DNA of 32,000 nt from Candidatus Atelocyanobacterium thalassa isolate ALOHA (GTDB lineage: Bacteria; Cyanobacteriota; Cyanobacteriia; Cyanobacteriales; Microcystaceae). The stretch spans positions 1,110,001 to 1,142,000 of the forward strand of contig NC_013771.1 of the NCBI RefSeq assembly GCF_000025125.1, written 5' to 3'. Below, one piece after another: positions 17,586-28,622 of this stretch. The position numbers and the translations under genes are program-made. A model generated the notes under the pieces. It did not search any database. It worked only from the letters and a program-made list of their open reading frames with translations, and was not told where the DNA came from. Position 1 is the first letter of the stretch; every line of letters starts with the position of its first letter.

Positions 17586-19352
17586 ATGGTTAAGATTCCA
17601 GTTTCATCCACCAATAAAGTTTCCAAATTAGAAACAATAAAGGAAACTAGCAACTTTTTAAGAGAACCACTAGCAACCCAATTATTAGAAAATAGTACTC
17701 ATTTCACAGAAGAAGCAGTCCAAATTCTCAAATTTCATGGTTCTTATCAACAAGACAATAGAGATAACAGAGTAAAGGGCCAAGAAAAAGACTACCAATT
17801 TATGTTACGTACTCGTAACCCAGGTGGTTTTATTTCTCCCCAGCTTTATGCTGCTTTAGATAAACTTAGTGACATTCATGGCAACCACACCTTAAGAATA
17901 ACGACACGTCAAGGGCTACAGGTTCATGGGATTTTGAAAAAAAATCTCAAGTTAGCAATCTCAACAATTGTCGAGAATCTGGGTTCAACTTTAGGCGCTT
18001 GCGGAGATCTTAACCGTAATGTTATGTCACCTCCTGCACCTTTTAAAAATTTTCCAGAATATGAATATGCTAGAGAGTATGCAGATAAAATTGCTGATTT
18101 ATTAAGTCCTCAGACATCAGCTTATTATGAAATCTGGTTAGATGGCGAAAAAGCTATTAGTGTAGAAGAATCTCCTGAAACCATAGAAGCCCGTCAAAAA
18201 AATAATAGAGGAAAGTTTTTTGACAACGGGGACGAACCTATCTACGGAAAACACTACATGCCACGAAAGTTTAAATGTAGTGTTACTGTACCTGGAGATA
18301 ATTCTATTGATTTATATACACACGATGTAAGCTTAGTAGTTATTACAGACGATAATAAAGAATTACTTGGTTTTAATATTTTCGCAGGTGGAGGAATGGG
18401 TCGTACTCATAATAAAGAAGAAACTTTTCCTCGACTAGCGGATCCTCTCGGTTATGTAGATAAAAAAGATATTTATGACTTCATGAAAGCTATTGTAGCT
18501 GTACAGAGAGACTATGGAGATCGTAATCAACGTCGTCATGCTCGTATGAAATATCTTATTGAAGACTGGGGTCTAGATATATTTCGTAAAGAAATAGAAG
18601 AATATTTAGGTAAAAATATAGAACCATTTAGACCTCTTCCAGACTGGCGATATAAAGACTATCTTGGCTGGCAAGAGCAAGGAGATGGCAAGCTGTTCCT
18701 AGGCATTTCTATAGAAAATGGCCGAATAAAAGACAAGGATAGCTTTCTTCTGAAAACTGCTCTTAGAGAAATTAATGATAAGTATTTTTTACCTATACGT
18801 TTAACTGCTAATCATAATCTTATTTTATGCGAGATTGAACCAGCTTTTAAAATAGGAATTGAAACAATTCTTGAATCTCATGGCATAAATAGTGATCCGC
18901 AAAAAGTAGATTCTTTAACTCGCTATTCCATGGCTTGTCCAGCCCTCCCTACTTGTAGTTTGGCAATAACAGAATCAGAGCGAATACTCCCTACCATAAT
19001 TAGCCGTATAAAAAATGTATTGAATTTATTGGACTTGTCTTCAGAAAAAATTGTAATTAGAATGACAGGATGTCCAAACGGTTGTGCTCGACCTTATATG
19101 GCAGAGTTAGGAATTGTAGGTAGTGCTCCAGAAAAATATCAAATTTGGCTAGGAGGTAGTTCGGATCAAACTCGATTGGCTAAACCTTATGTTGACAAAC
19201 TACCTGATGAGGAGATAGAAAATTTTATTGAGCCATTATTCTTTTACTTCAAGAAAGAAAAACAAGATGGTGAAAGTTTCGGCTCATTTTGTCATAGGGT
19301 TGGTTTCGAGGCTTTGCATGATTTTTCTTCAGCCTACACATCTATAAAGTAG
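17586..19352 (+). CDS. sir: Assimilatory sulfite reductase (ferredoxin-dependent), siroheme/4Fe-4S type
   Basis: 588 aa. The N-terminus has [40 protein letters not shown]. The cluster and siroheme Cys motifs are [12 protein letters not shown] and [10 protein letters not shown]. Confidence 0.92.
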   Translation: MVKIPVSSTNKVSKLETIKETSNFLREPLATQLLENSTHFTEEAVQILKFHGSYQQDNRDNRVKGQEKDYQFMLRTRNPGGFISPQLYAALDKLSDIHGNHTLRITTRQGLQVHGILKKNLKLAISTIVENLGSTLGACGDLNRNVMSPPAPFKNFPEYEYAREYADKIADLLSPQTSAYYEIWLDGEKAISVEESPETIEARQKNNRGKFFDNGDEPIYGKHYMPRKFKCSVTVPGDNSIDLYTHDVSLVVITDDNKELLGFNIFAGGGMGRTHNKEETFPRLADPLGYVDKKDIYDFMKAIVAVQRDYGDRNQRRHARMKYLIEDWGLDIFRKEIEEYLGKNIEPFRPLPDWRYKDYLGWQEQGDGKLFLGISIENGRIKDKDSFLLKTALREINDKYFLPIRLTANHNLILCEIEPAFKIGIETILESHGINSDPQKVDSLTRYSMACPALPTCSLAITESERILPTIISRIKNVLNLLDLSSEKIVIRMTGCPNGCARPYMAELGIVGSAPEKYQIWLGGSSDQTRLAKPYVDKLPDEEIENFIEPLFFYFKKEKQDGESFGSFCHRVGFEALHDFSSAYTSIK

Positions 19353-19760
19353 TATTTTGGAAATTATATTTCTTTGATTTAAAAAATTTGTTAGAAAAGA
19401 GTTGTTTTTACAGTTCTTTAAAAGTGAAAACTATTGATCAGAGAATATTTTTTTATAGCTTTCAAGACTTAATTTTTATAGTTTAAATCATGAATTAACA
19501 AAAAAAGATAAATACTACGATCTCTCTATTGTATACTGTGAACGAAAGTAAATAAAAAAGTACCCATAAATATTTGATAATAATTTAAATAAAAAATTTA
19601 TGTAGTTAATTTATAGTAGAGTTAATAGTACGATAGATCGAAAGACTTAATAAATTCCATAAGAAATTATGATAACGAAATTATAGGCAAGGTTAAATCT
19701 TGTTAATATCATTATGGTGGAAAAAAAGAGATGGACTTTGTTCTAATGAACCTGTAATTA

Positions 19761-21149
19761 TTGAATGAACCTATAACTATGGTGCAATTAAATACCCGTA
19801 AAGAGTTGCGTCAGCTAATATGTAATAAATTAGCTTTATTATTAGAACAAGGAAATTTGCAAGAAGCAAAAAAAATTCTTGTATCTGTACAACCTGTGGA
19901 TATAGCTGAAGCTATTGGAGGTTTATCTCAATCAATACAGGTAATTGCTTTTCGTTTATTGTCGAAAGAAGAAGCTATTGCTGTTTATGAACACTTAGAA
20001 TCTACAGTTCAACAATCTTTACTTGAACAATTTAAGCAACAAGAGGTTAGAGATATTGTTGATCGAATGTCTCCTGATGACCGAGCTCGTTTATTTGATG
20101 AATTACCTGCAAAAATTGTTCGACGTTTATTAGAACAGCTAAGTCCTGAAGAAAGACAGGCAACAGCTTTATTATTAGGATATGAAGAGCATACAGCTGG
20201 ACGTATCATGACTCCAGAGTATATCTCACTCAAACAAAGCTTTACTGTATCTCAAACACTTGAACATATAAGAACTTTAGCGACTTCTTCTGAAATTGTT
20301 TACTATCTTTATGTTACTGATGCTTTTCGTCATCTAGTAGGTATTGTTTCACTAAGAGATTTAGTTTTATCTCATCCAGATACTACTCTTGGAAAAATAA
20401 TGGTAAAAGACATTGTTTGTGTTAATACTAACGATGATCAAGAAGAAGTTGCACAAACAATACAAAGATATGATTTATTTGCAGTTCCTGTTGTAGATAA
20501 AGAACAAAGACTAGTTGGAGTAGTTACTGTAGATGATGTTATCGATATTATTCAACAAGAAGCAACTGAAGATATCTATGCTTTAGGTGGAGTGCAGTCA
20601 GATGGTGAGAATTATTTTCAAACAGATTTATTAACAGTTACACGAAAAAGAGTTGCATGGTTATTAATTTTATTACTTACTAATACGGTTACTGGGATGA
20701 TAATTAAATCTCACGTAGCTTTGATAGAACAAATGGCAATTTTAACTGCTTTTATCCCTCTATTAACAGGTACTGGAGGTAATGTTGGAGCTCAATCTTC
20801 AACAGTGGTTATAAGGGGATTAAATACAAACGATATTACAGATCTTGGCTCTAAGCAAGTCATTTTAAGAGAGCTAATAGCTGGAACCTTATTAGGAATA
20901 ATATTAGGGACTTTAGCTACAATTTGGGCTTATGGAGTTCAAGGGAGTTGGTTAGTATCGATATCTGTAGGTGTTAGCTTAGTTATAATTGCTATTTTAG
21001 CTTCAATAGCAGGCTCAGCTTTACCTTTTGTTTTTAGAACTTTTGGATTAGATCCTGCTTTAATGTCAGCTCCTTTTATTACAACTATAGTTGATGTATT
21101 AGGTGTATTCATTTATTTTTCTATTGCCAAGCTTGTATTAGGATTATAG
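19761..21149 (+). CDS. mgtE: Magnesium transporter MgtE
   Basis: 462 aa with the MgtE N-domain (..MSPDDRARLFDELP..), a CBS pair and a C-terminal TM domain containing the LLTGTGGNVGAQSS motif. The ORF-track start is TTG 19761, but ATG 19779 (MVQLNTRKEL) is at least as likely. Confidence 0.93.
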   Translation: MNEPITMVQLNTRKELRQLICNKLALLLEQGNLQEAKKILVSVQPVDIAEAIGGLSQSIQVIAFRLLSKEEAIAVYEHLESTVQQSLLEQFKQQEVRDIVDRMSPDDRARLFDELPAKIVRRLLEQLSPEERQATALLLGYEEHTAGRIMTPEYISLKQSFTVSQTLEHIRTLATSSEIVYYLYVTDAFRHLVGIVSLRDLVLSHPDTTLGKIMVKDIVCVNTNDDQEEVAQTIQRYDLFAVPVVDKEQRLVGVVTVDDVIDIIQQEATEDIYALGGVQSDGENYFQTDLLTVTRKRVAWLLILLLTNTVTGMIIKSHVALIEQMAILTAFIPLLTGTGGNVGAQSSTVVIRGLNTNDITDLGSKQVILRELIAGTLLGIILGTLATIWAYGVQGSWLVSISVGVSLVIIAILASIAGSALPFVFRTFGLDPALMSAPFITTIVDVLGVFIYFSIAKLVLGL

Positions 21150-21173
21150 TTGTTTTTGAATATGGAGTATTTA

Positions 21174-21202
21174 TTATTTCAATTGAGGATAATATGAAAT
21201 AA
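21174..21202. terminator. Weak AT-rich hairpin between the convergent genes mgtE and aroC
   Basis: ttatttca (21174-21181) pairs with tgaaataa (21195-21202), with a 13-nt loop, followed by ttttaattt. The stem is only 8 bp with one G-C pair. Confidence 0.25.
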
Positions 21203-21204
21203 TT

Positions 21205-22296
21205 TTAATTTAATACTTTACATTGAGCTTGCCAACGTAATAAATGATCACACAATACCAAAGCTACCATCGCATCAACCATCGGAACTGCTCTAGGCAA
21301 AACACAAGGATCATGTCTTCCTTTACTGGTTAAGAATACCTCTAGATTACCAGATGTAACAGTTTTTTGTTTTAAACCAATAGTTGCAATTGGTTTGAAA
21401 GCAGTACGAATAATAATATTTTCCCCATTACTAATTCCTCCTTGGATACCTCCTGAATTGTTGGTTTTAGTGCGAACATTTCCTATTTTATCTATATAAA
21501 ATTCATCATTATGTTGACTCCCTGTCATTAACGTTCCTCTAAATCCTGAACCTATTTCAAACCCTTTACTTGCTGGTAGAGACATCACAGCTTTGGCTAA
21601 GTCAGCTTCTAACTTATCAAATACTGGTTCTCCCAACCCTTTGGGAGAATTTCGTACAACACATTCAATAACTCCTCCTATTGAATCATTGTTTTTTTTA
21701 GTATCCTCTATTAAAGAAATCATTTGATTAGCAATTTTTGGATCAGGGCAACGAATTAGGTTATTCTCAACTTGTTCAAAAGTAATTTTATCCGGATTAA
21801 TAATAGCTTCCAAATAATTAACTTGTTTCACATAACTAATTATTTCAACCTTATTAAATTGTTCAAGAACTTTCTTTGCGATCGCCCCTGCAGCTACTCT
21901 ACCAATAGTTTCTCTTGCTGAAGATCTACCCCCACCTTGCCAATTTCTAATTTTATATTTTGTTTCATATGTCCAATCCGCATGAGATGGTCTAAATTTA
22001 TCACTCAACTCATCATAGTCTTGAGTAAAAAAATCTTTATTATGAACCAAGATAGTAATAGGAGTACCTAAGGTCAAGCCATTGAAAATTCCAGAAACGA
22101 TTTCGCATTGATCTGTTTCATTTCTAGTAGTAGTTATTTTACTTTGACCTGGTCTACGACGGTTAAGATCTTTTTGAATATCTATTTCAGATATTTCTAG
22201 ACATGGAGGACAGCCATCGATAATTACACCCACTACTCCTCCATGAGATTCTCCGAATGTAGTGACACGAAATAGTTTACCAAAGGTATTACCCAT
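21205..22296 (-). CDS. aroC: Chorismate synthase
   Basis: 363 aa. It has N-terminal [19 protein letters not shown], plus ..[14 protein letters not shown].. and ..[14 protein letters not shown].. Confidence 0.96.
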   Translation of the reverse strand: MGNTFGKLFRVTTFGESHGGVVGVIIDGCPPCLEISEIDIQKDLNRRRPGQSKITTTRNETDQCEIVSGIFNGLTLGTPITILVHNKDFFTQDYDELSDKFRPSHADWTYETKYKIRNWQGGGRSSARETIGRVAAGAIAKKVLEQFNKVEIISYVKQVNYLEAIINPDKITFEQVENNLIRCPDPKIANQMISLIEDTKKNNDSIGGVIECVVRNSPKGLGEPVFDKLEADLAKAVMSLPASKGFEIGSGFRGTLMTGSQHNDEFYIDKIGNVRTKTNNSGGIQGGISNGENIIIRTAFKPIATIGLKQKTVTSGNLEVFLTSKGRHDPCVLPRAVPMVDAMVALVLCDHLLRWQAQCKVLN

Positions 22297-22495
22297 ATAA
22301 CTTCTCTTAATTTAAATTCATTATATTGTAGATATCGTAGTGCTTTTAAATCATAAAGATTTTTATTTTTTAGACAAGTCAATATCTTTATCTTTAAAAA
22401 ATTATTAAATTTTGGTAAACTGATTGAAGCTTAAAAAAAGAATAAAGCTACAATTATGATGGCTATTGTTTAAAAAGTATTGGAGAAAATGCGGA

Positions 22496-22708
22496 ATGAC
22501 TACCATAAATCTAACAGAAAAAGATATTTCCGCTTTAACGGAGGAAGACATAATAGCCCTTGTAGGCCGCTTAGACCAAGATGACTACAATAATCCTTTC
22601 GAGTCCCTTAAAGACTGGCATATATTACGAACAATACTTTTTCAACGTCAAGATTTAGCTGAACCTTATTTATATTTACTTGATATCGAAGCATATGATG
22701 AAGCATAA
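22496..22708 (+). CDS. Small conserved hypothetical protein (cyanobacterial type)
   Basis: The ORF track gives 22466-22708 from a TTG. I prefer ATG 22496, which has GGAG about 11 nt upstream, giving MTTINLTEKDISALTEEDIIALVGRLDQDDYNNPFESLKDWHILRTILFQRQDLAEPYLYLLDIEAYDEA (70 aa). Composition is non-AT-driven and acidic. It resembles a small cyanobacteria-wide family that I recall but cannot verify. Confidence 0.55.
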   Translation: MTTINLTEKDISALTEEDIIALVGRLDQDDYNNPFESLKDWHILRTILFQRQDLAEPYLYLLDIEAYDEA

Positions 22709-22906
22709 ATAATACTATTTTTTAAAAACGATTCCTGTAGAGTTAAGTTGTAATATTAAGTTTTTTAGTAAAAATGTAAACTTTCATTTTGTGCCAGGAC
22801 TATTCTGCGGAGCATCAGTTCCACTATCATATGAAATTAAATAAAATAGCGATCTATACAAGAAAATATTATTTAGTTTTTAGTAGATCGCATACTTGAT
22901 AAATAT

Positions 22907-23179
22907 TTAGTTTTTCGTATCTATTAGAGAAAAGAATCCAGGAGCTTTTCCAGTTCCAGCACTACTATCTTTTTGAGAAACAATTACTGCTCCAATGTGA
23001 TCACTCATAACTGCAACCTTTTTTTCAGTTTGCTTTTCACAAGTAAGTTCAATTAATTGAGGAGAAGATTGCATCGCAGTAACAATTTGCTGATATAAAA
23101 TCTCTGCATCTGCAACTTCTTTTCTTTGTACAGAAATTGGAATAGGTGTATACTTTAAAGCCAGGTCAATACTAATCAT
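22907..23179 (-). CDS. Small conserved hypothetical protein
   Basis: 90-aa ORF MISIDLALKYTPIPISVQRKEVADAEILYQQIVTAMQ..., with protein-like composition. I do not recognise the family with confidence. Confidence 0.5.
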   Translation of the reverse strand: MISIDLALKYTPIPISVQRKEVADAEILYQQIVTAMQSSPQLIELTCEKQTEKKVAVMSDHIGAVIVSQKDSSAGTGKAPGFFSLIDTKN

Positions 23180-23491
23180 AAATACTCCTTTTAATATATA
23201 CCAAGAAAAATCATGGGTTGAACTCTACAAATATCGTAAATATTTGGACAGTGATTGTTATTATTGCCTAAATATATTGAGATATATATTCTATTTTAAG
23301 AGTTACATGTAGAATTTTTATATTAATATGAATAAATGAAAACATAAGTTTTCCGATATTCAATAACATACATATAATAATTATAGATTAATAACTACTT
23401 GTTTCGGTTAATTAAACTATTTTAAATAATAAAAAATGTTATATGATTCATTTAGCAAATAAAGTGTAACATTAAAAATATCTAATATCCT

Positions 23492-24148
23492 GTGCTATAT
23501 AAACGTCATAATCGCATAAAAGAAGTTTTAAAAAAACGTCAACCTCATTTAACTGTTTTAATAGAAGATGTTCACAAGCCTCATAATTTATCAGCAATTA
23601 TTCGTACTTGTGATGCAGTAGGTATATTAGATCTTCATGTTGTTAATCAAAACGGGAAATATCCTACATTCAGTAAAGTTTCTCAAGGTAGTGAAAAATG
23701 GGTTTTCATAACAACATATATAAGTATTGATGATGCAATAAATGCTCTAAAGCGTAGAAAATTTAAGATTTATGCAGCTCACTTTAGTAAAACTGCAATT
23801 GATTATAGAAATGTAAACTATACAGAGCCTGTAGCTATTTTATTAGGGGCAGAGAAGTGGGGAGTAAGCAAAGAAGCTGCTCAATTAGTTGATGGTCATA
23901 TAACCATTCCTATGTTGGGAATGGTCCAATCTTTGAATGTTTCGGTTGCTGCTGCAGTTATTTTATTTGAAGCTCAACGCCAAAGATTAGAAGCAAAAAT
24001 GTATACTAAAATGCAACTATCACCTACAACATACAATAAGATTCTGTTTGAATGGAGTTATCCCAATATTTCAAAACTATATAAAAAAAATAGTAGAAAA
24101 TATCCATCTTTAAAAGAAAATGGACAAATTTGTGAAGATAATTTATAA
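23492..24148 (+). CDS. trmH: tRNA (guanosine-2'-O)-methyltransferase, SpoU/TrmH family
   Basis: 218 aa with a GTG start. N-terminal RIKEVLKKRQPHLTVLIEDVHKPHNLSAIIRTCDAVG closely parallels E. coli TrmH as I remember it. The SPOUT C-terminal motifs are LLGAEKWGVS and IPMLGMVQSLNVSVAAAV. Confidence 0.88.
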   Translation: MLYKRHNRIKEVLKKRQPHLTVLIEDVHKPHNLSAIIRTCDAVGILDLHVVNQNGKYPTFSKVSQGSEKWVFITTYISIDDAINALKRRKFKIYAAHFSKTAIDYRNVNYTEPVAILLGAEKWGVSKEAAQLVDGHITIPMLGMVQSLNVSVAAAVILFEAQRQRLEAKMYTKMQLSPTTYNKILFEWSYPNISKLYKKNSRKYPSLKENGQICEDNL

Positions 24149-24243
24149 ATTTCAAAATATCTAGTTCTTAATGGAAGTTATCCATTAAATTAGTAATTAA
24201 ACGTAAATAAAAATAACAGTTAAAATATTGTTAATTAAATAAT

Positions 24244-25482
24244 ATGGTTAATATAAATGAAAATTATCTTAAACTTAAAGCAGGATATCTTTTCCCTGAA
24301 ATAACAAAAAGAGTTAATACTTTTTTGGATTCTAACCCAAAAAACGAATTGATTAAACTTGGTATTGGAGATGTTACCGAACCTCTCCCAGAAGCTTGTA
24401 TCAAAGCTATGATGAATGCCGTAGAAGATATGGGATGTCGTCAAAAATTTAAAGGTTATGGCCCAGAGCAAGGTTATTCATGGTTAAGAGAAAAAATCGC
24501 GTATCATGATTTCCAATTAAGAGGTTGTGATATTGATTCTTCAGAAATATTTATATCCGATGGATCTAAATGTGATACAGGAAATATCCTTGATATTTTT
24601 GGTAAAAATAATAAAATTGCAATCACAGATCCTGTATATCCAGTCTATGTAGATACAAATGTAATGTCTGGCAATACAGGCTACATTAATGCGGAAAATA
24701 GATATGATGATCTTATTTATCTTCCTATTAAAGAAGAAAATAATTTTGTTGCTCAGATCCCTGATATTAAGGTGGATTTAATTTACCTTTGTTTTCCTAA
24801 TAACCCAACTGGTGCTGTTGCAACTAAAGATTATTTAAAGTCTTGGGTCGATTATGCACGGTTTAACAATTCAATAATCCTTTTTGATGCAGCATATGAA
24901 GCTTTTATTACAGATGAAAGCCTTCCTCACTCTATTTACGAAATAGAAGGAGCTAAAGATTGTGCTATAGAATTTCGCTCATTTTCTAAAAATGCTGGAT
25001 TTACAGGAACTCGTTGTGCATTTACTGTAGTACCGAAGACTTTAATGGCGAATACAGCCAATAATTCAAAAATTAAAATTTGGGACATGTGGAATCGCCG
25101 TCAATCTACTAAATTTAATGGAGTATCTTACATTATTCAGAGAGGAGCAGAAGCTGTTTATTCGGAAGAAGGGAAAAAACAAGTTGATTGTTTGGTAAGG
25201 TTTTACCTTGAAAATGCAAAAATAATACGTGAACAGCTAGGTACTACAAAATTAAATCAAGTTTATGGAGGTATTCATTCGCCTTATATATGGTTGAAAA
25301 CTCCAGGGGGAATGTCTAGCTGGGAATTTTTTGACGAACTATTGCAAAAAGTAAATATTGTAGGAACCCCAGGTTCTGGCTTCGGCTCTTCAGGAGAAGG
25401 TTATTTTCGTATTTCAGCTTTCAATAGTAGGGAAAATATTGAAAAGGCGATGAAACGCATCAAAAAATATTATCAAATTTAA
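24244..25482 (+). CDS. dapL: LL-diaminopimelate aminotransferase
   Basis: 412 aa. It has the N-terminal [16 protein letters not shown] typical of DapL and the PLP-lysine region [15 protein letters not shown]. Confidence 0.93.
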   Translation: MVNINENYLKLKAGYLFPEITKRVNTFLDSNPKNELIKLGIGDVTEPLPEACIKAMMNAVEDMGCRQKFKGYGPEQGYSWLREKIAYHDFQLRGCDIDSSEIFISDGSKCDTGNILDIFGKNNKIAITDPVYPVYVDTNVMSGNTGYINAENRYDDLIYLPIKEENNFVAQIPDIKVDLIYLCFPNNPTGAVATKDYLKSWVDYARFNNSIILFDAAYEAFITDESLPHSIYEIEGAKDCAIEFRSFSKNAGFTGTRCAFTVVPKTLMANTANNSKIKIWDMWNRRQSTKFNGVSYIIQRGAEAVYSEEGKKQVDCLVRFYLENAKIIREQLGTTKLNQVYGGIHSPYIWLKTPGGMSSWEFFDELLQKVNIVGTPGSGFGSSGEGYFRISAFNSRENIEKAMKRIKKYYQI

Positions 25483-25550
25483 TATTTGAAACCGCGACAT
25501 ACCATCATCTTTATTTTGTAAACACAAAAATCGAATATTTTTAAATTAAT

Positions 25551-26336
25551 TTATACTTTAGATGATATTCGATTTTTGATGTAAATTCCTGATAGTGTTA
25601 CCAAGCAAATACAAACAAATCCTAGTCCTAAATAATTAGGAGTCCAGTATGCTGTATCTATTCTATTTATTTCTCCTGCTTTAATTTTCCAACTAATTTG
25701 TTGTTTTTCTTTATTAAAGTTTTCGCTAAATTTTTTCTTATTTTGAACATTTTTAATACTCCAAGGAGTGCTTAAAGTAAATTCTAAATCTGCTAACGAT
25801 TTTGGATTAATTAATGTGTTTCCTTTCTCAGATAATATGTTTAAATCACGCAAATCAATTTCAATATTCAACTGATTATATTCTGCTAATAAAAAACTGT
25901 GTTTCTTAATTGATATTTGTGTCTGTAAATGAGGTATGTTGTAATCTTCAATTTTGGCATCCGAAGTCGAAGAAGATCTATTAAAACTAAAAAACGAATT
26001 AAATTTTTCTACTAAATCATCACTACTACTAAATGGAATAGTCAGTAATAGATCGTTTTTAGAAATCCTTTTAACTTTTCCTCGTAACTTCCTGGTACGA
26101 TCTTCTAAGCTTTCTAGCCATTTATCTACCTCAATTGGACTAAGCTTAGATAATTGTTCTACTACACTAATATGTTGAACAATTTTTCCATGGTTTTGAT
26201 TATGAAAGTTTATTTCTACATCATAGTGAACACAACCTGAAAGAAAGATTAATGAACTAAAAATTAAACAAAAGAATATAGATTTTAATCTTTTTACCTT
26301 ATTTGTCTGTTTGTACACCTGGCGATAAAAACTCAT
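25551..26336 (-). CDS. Hypothetical lipoprotein with a C-terminal TM anchor (possibly DUF3153-like)
   Basis: 261 aa with a lipobox-like signal (..LIFLSGC) and a terminal TM segment (LGLGFVCICLVTLSGIYI). Its start lies 33 nt downstream of the RNase R stop, so it is probably co-transcribed. The family assignment is from memory only. Confidence 0.6.
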   Translation of the reverse strand: MSFYRQVYKQTNKVKRLKSIFFCLIFSSLIFLSGCVHYDVEINFHNQNHGKIVQHISVVEQLSKLSPIEVDKWLESLEDRTRKLRGKVKRISKNDLLLTIPFSSSDDLVEKFNSFFSFNRSSSTSDAKIEDYNIPHLQTQISIKKHSFLLAEYNQLNIEIDLRDLNILSEKGNTLINPKSLADLEFTLSTPWSIKNVQNKKKFSENFNKEKQQISWKIKAGEINRIDTAYWTPNYLGLGFVCICLVTLSGIYIKNRISSKV

Positions 26337-26369
26337 ACTTTTTAACTCCTTTTAAAATACTTATTATCA

Positions 26370-28622
26370 TTAATCTTCATCCCAATCATTATTATTTGCG
26401 GCACTTCCTCCTCCAACAGTAACTAAATCAATTTGTTGTCGATAATAATCAACACTCTTCACTTCAACTTCGACCTCATCTCCTAAACGATAAGCTATAT
26501 GATTTTTACGACCCACTAGACATCCGTGACGAGAACGATACTCGTACCAATCATCTTTAAGAGAACTAACATGAACTAATCCTTCTACCAATAAATGTTC
26601 AATTTCAACAAAGAAACCATAAGACTGAACACCTGTAATTAGCCCCTGAAAAACTTTTCCTGTCTGTTCTTTCATTTTCTCAGCTTTTTTTAATCCTTCA
26701 AGATCTTTTTCTGCACTTTCGGCAATTTTTTCTTGATCATTAAGATGAGTAACTAAAAAGCGAAAATCTTCTTCCAATTCTTCTTGAATTGTTGGAGGTA
26801 AAACATTCCATGTAATATTACCATGGCATTTGCTACTATAAAGATCAACCCCTATTTTTGTCTGTTTAGTCCTACGGTCTCTACCTTCGCTAAAAACTAA
26901 CTTTAGTATTCGTTGAATCAGCAAATCAATATACCGTTTGCCTGGAGATATACAATGACTATAAGAGTCATTGTATGCTAAGCCAAAATGGGCTCCTGGA
27001 TAACTACTATATCTAGAAGATTTTAGAGTTCCATGAAGTAAATAATTAAGAACATTGACATGAGAGGATTTATTTAATAACTGAGTTAAATTGTGATAAT
27101 CTCGCGGAATAATTTCTTCATCATCTTGAAGATTGAATTCAATCCCTAGATTTTGAACCAATTTTAATAAATCTTCTAATTCTTCCCAATCTGGCTCTGG
27201 TTGAATACAGTAAATTCCTGGTACTCCTAGTGCGTTAATATGTGTAGCTACAACCTTATTCGTTAAAATTAATAGTTCGGTTAGTAAGGAACGAATAGGA
27301 GTTTTAGATGAAGCTACAATAGTTCCAATCCTACCTTCATCTTGGTAAGGTAATTTGGGTTCAAGTTGTAACTCAAAACCTCCTCTTTGAAGTCTTTGAG
27401 CTTTAATTAAAGGACTTACAGTAAAAAATAAATTTTGGAGTTTTTCAACAAAACCTTTTTGTTTACTATTAACCTTACTTGGATCCGCCAAAAGCTCTTG
27501 TGTCTTTTGATAAGTTAGTTGATGGTCAATGTTAATAATTGTAGGCTTTATTGAAAATTCTAAAAGTTGGCCACTTCTATCAAAATTCATAATTACTGAA
27601 ATTGTCAGAGAATCTTTATTTGGCTTTAAAGAATAATTTTTTATTATAGATTCTGGCAACATAGGTAAAACTTTTTCACCTAAGTAGAAAGTTGTACCAC
27701 GTTTCTTAGCTATTTTATCAAGGGGTGAACCTGATTGAATATGATGAGCAACATCTATAATATGAACTCCCAACTGTAGATGATTATCTTCTGTTTCTTC
27801 TAGAGTAAATGCGGTTTCTATAAATGGTGGACAATCTCTAACTACATCTTCAATAAAAGTAAAAGATGTAACATCTCTCCAATCAGAACGCTTTTCTAAT
27901 TCCTTAGTTTCAATTTTTTTCGACAACTGATCTACCAGCTTTAATTCATTTTCTGTAAAATTTTGTGGTAAATCATGTTTACAACAAACAATATCAGTAT
28001 CTGCTGCTGCTTCTGCATCACTACCTAGGATACGAGTAACTTTTCCCACAGGAGGATGTTCTCCAATAGGATAACGAACTATGGAAGCATGAACTAAGTG
28101 ATCTATAGCTTTTTCTAAGTTATTTCCTTCTTCTGCAAGTGATAACTCAAATAATAAGCGATCATCTAAAGGAATAGCATAATAGTTATCATTATCTTTC
28201 TTAACTTGAGCTAATAGAGATGGATTGGAACGTTCTAAAATTAATTTTACTTCTCCTTCTGGTGAACGTCTACGAGTTCCCTGCTTAATAATTTTAACTA
28301 GTACTCGATCTCCATTCCAAGCATTGCTTAAATGAGCTTCTCTTACGTAAATATCCTCTTCATCTTCTTCGTCTTGGATAGCAAAACAGAATCCTTTACT
28401 TGAACAACGTAACTTAGCTTGAACAAGGTTATCTTCAATAACACGGCGATATTTACCTCGTTCTTTTTCCAAAATTCCTATTAATTCTAAGGTGTCAAGT
28501 ATAGCTTGTAACTGTTGTATACTTTTGTCATCTTCACACCCTAATTTTTTTTCTAAATATTTGGACGCCACCAATTTGTTATCACTGAAGTAGGATAAAA
28601 GTGTAGCGATTGAAAATTCCAT
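26370..28622 (-). CDS. rnr: Exoribonuclease of the RNase II/R family
   Basis: 750 aa with N-terminal OB/CSD-like regions, a central RNB domain and a C-terminal S1 domain (FQGLITGVQSYGFFVEIEHLLVEGLVHVSSL). Confidence 0.92.
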   Translation of the reverse strand: MEFSIATLLSYFSDNKLVASKYLEKKLGCEDDKSIQQLQAILDTLELIGILEKERGKYRRVIEDNLVQAKLRCSSKGFCFAIQDEEDEEDIYVREAHLSNAWNGDRVLVKIIKQGTRRRSPEGEVKLILERSNPSLLAQVKKDNDNYYAIPLDDRLLFELSLAEEGNNLEKAIDHLVHASIVRYPIGEHPPVGKVTRILGSDAEAAADTDIVCCKHDLPQNFTENELKLVDQLSKKIETKELEKRSDWRDVTSFTFIEDVVRDCPPFIETAFTLEETEDNHLQLGVHIIDVAHHIQSGSPLDKIAKKRGTTFYLGEKVLPMLPESIIKNYSLKPNKDSLTISVIMNFDRSGQLLEFSIKPTIINIDHQLTYQKTQELLADPSKVNSKQKGFVEKLQNLFFTVSPLIKAQRLQRGGFELQLEPKLPYQDEGRIGTIVASSKTPIRSLLTELLILTNKVVATHINALGVPGIYCIQPEPDWEELEDLLKLVQNLGIEFNLQDDEEIIPRDYHNLTQLLNKSSHVNVLNYLLHGTLKSSRYSSYPGAHFGLAYNDSYSHCISPGKRYIDLLIQRILKLVFSEGRDRRTKQTKIGVDLYSSKCHGNITWNVLPPTIQEELEEDFRFLVTHLNDQEKIAESAEKDLEGLKKAEKMKEQTGKVFQGLITGVQSYGFFVEIEHLLVEGLVHVSSLKDDWYEYRSRHGCLVGRKNHIAYRLGDEVEVEVKSVDYYRQQIDLVTVGGGSAANNNDWDED

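Noticed and set aside
19353-19760. Possible M-box (Mg2+) riboswitch upstream of mgtE
   Set aside because: I could not recognise any GC-containing multi-helix core or any conserved M-box segments. The region is almost pure AT. Only a covariance-model search could fully exclude it.
20009-20233. 74-aa minus-strand ORF inside mgtE
   Set aside because: It is an antisense shadow ORF with Ser/Cys-rich, non-protein-like composition.
24235-24471. 78-aa minus-strand ORF overlapping the 5' end of dapL
   Set aside because: It is antisense to the DapL N-terminus, which carries the family-typical [16 protein letters not shown].
25954-26178. 74-aa + strand ORF inside the lipoprotein gene 25551-26336
   Set aside because: It is an antisense shadow ORF. 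The minus-strand frame has a lipobox and a terminal TM segment and is contiguous with the rnr operon.
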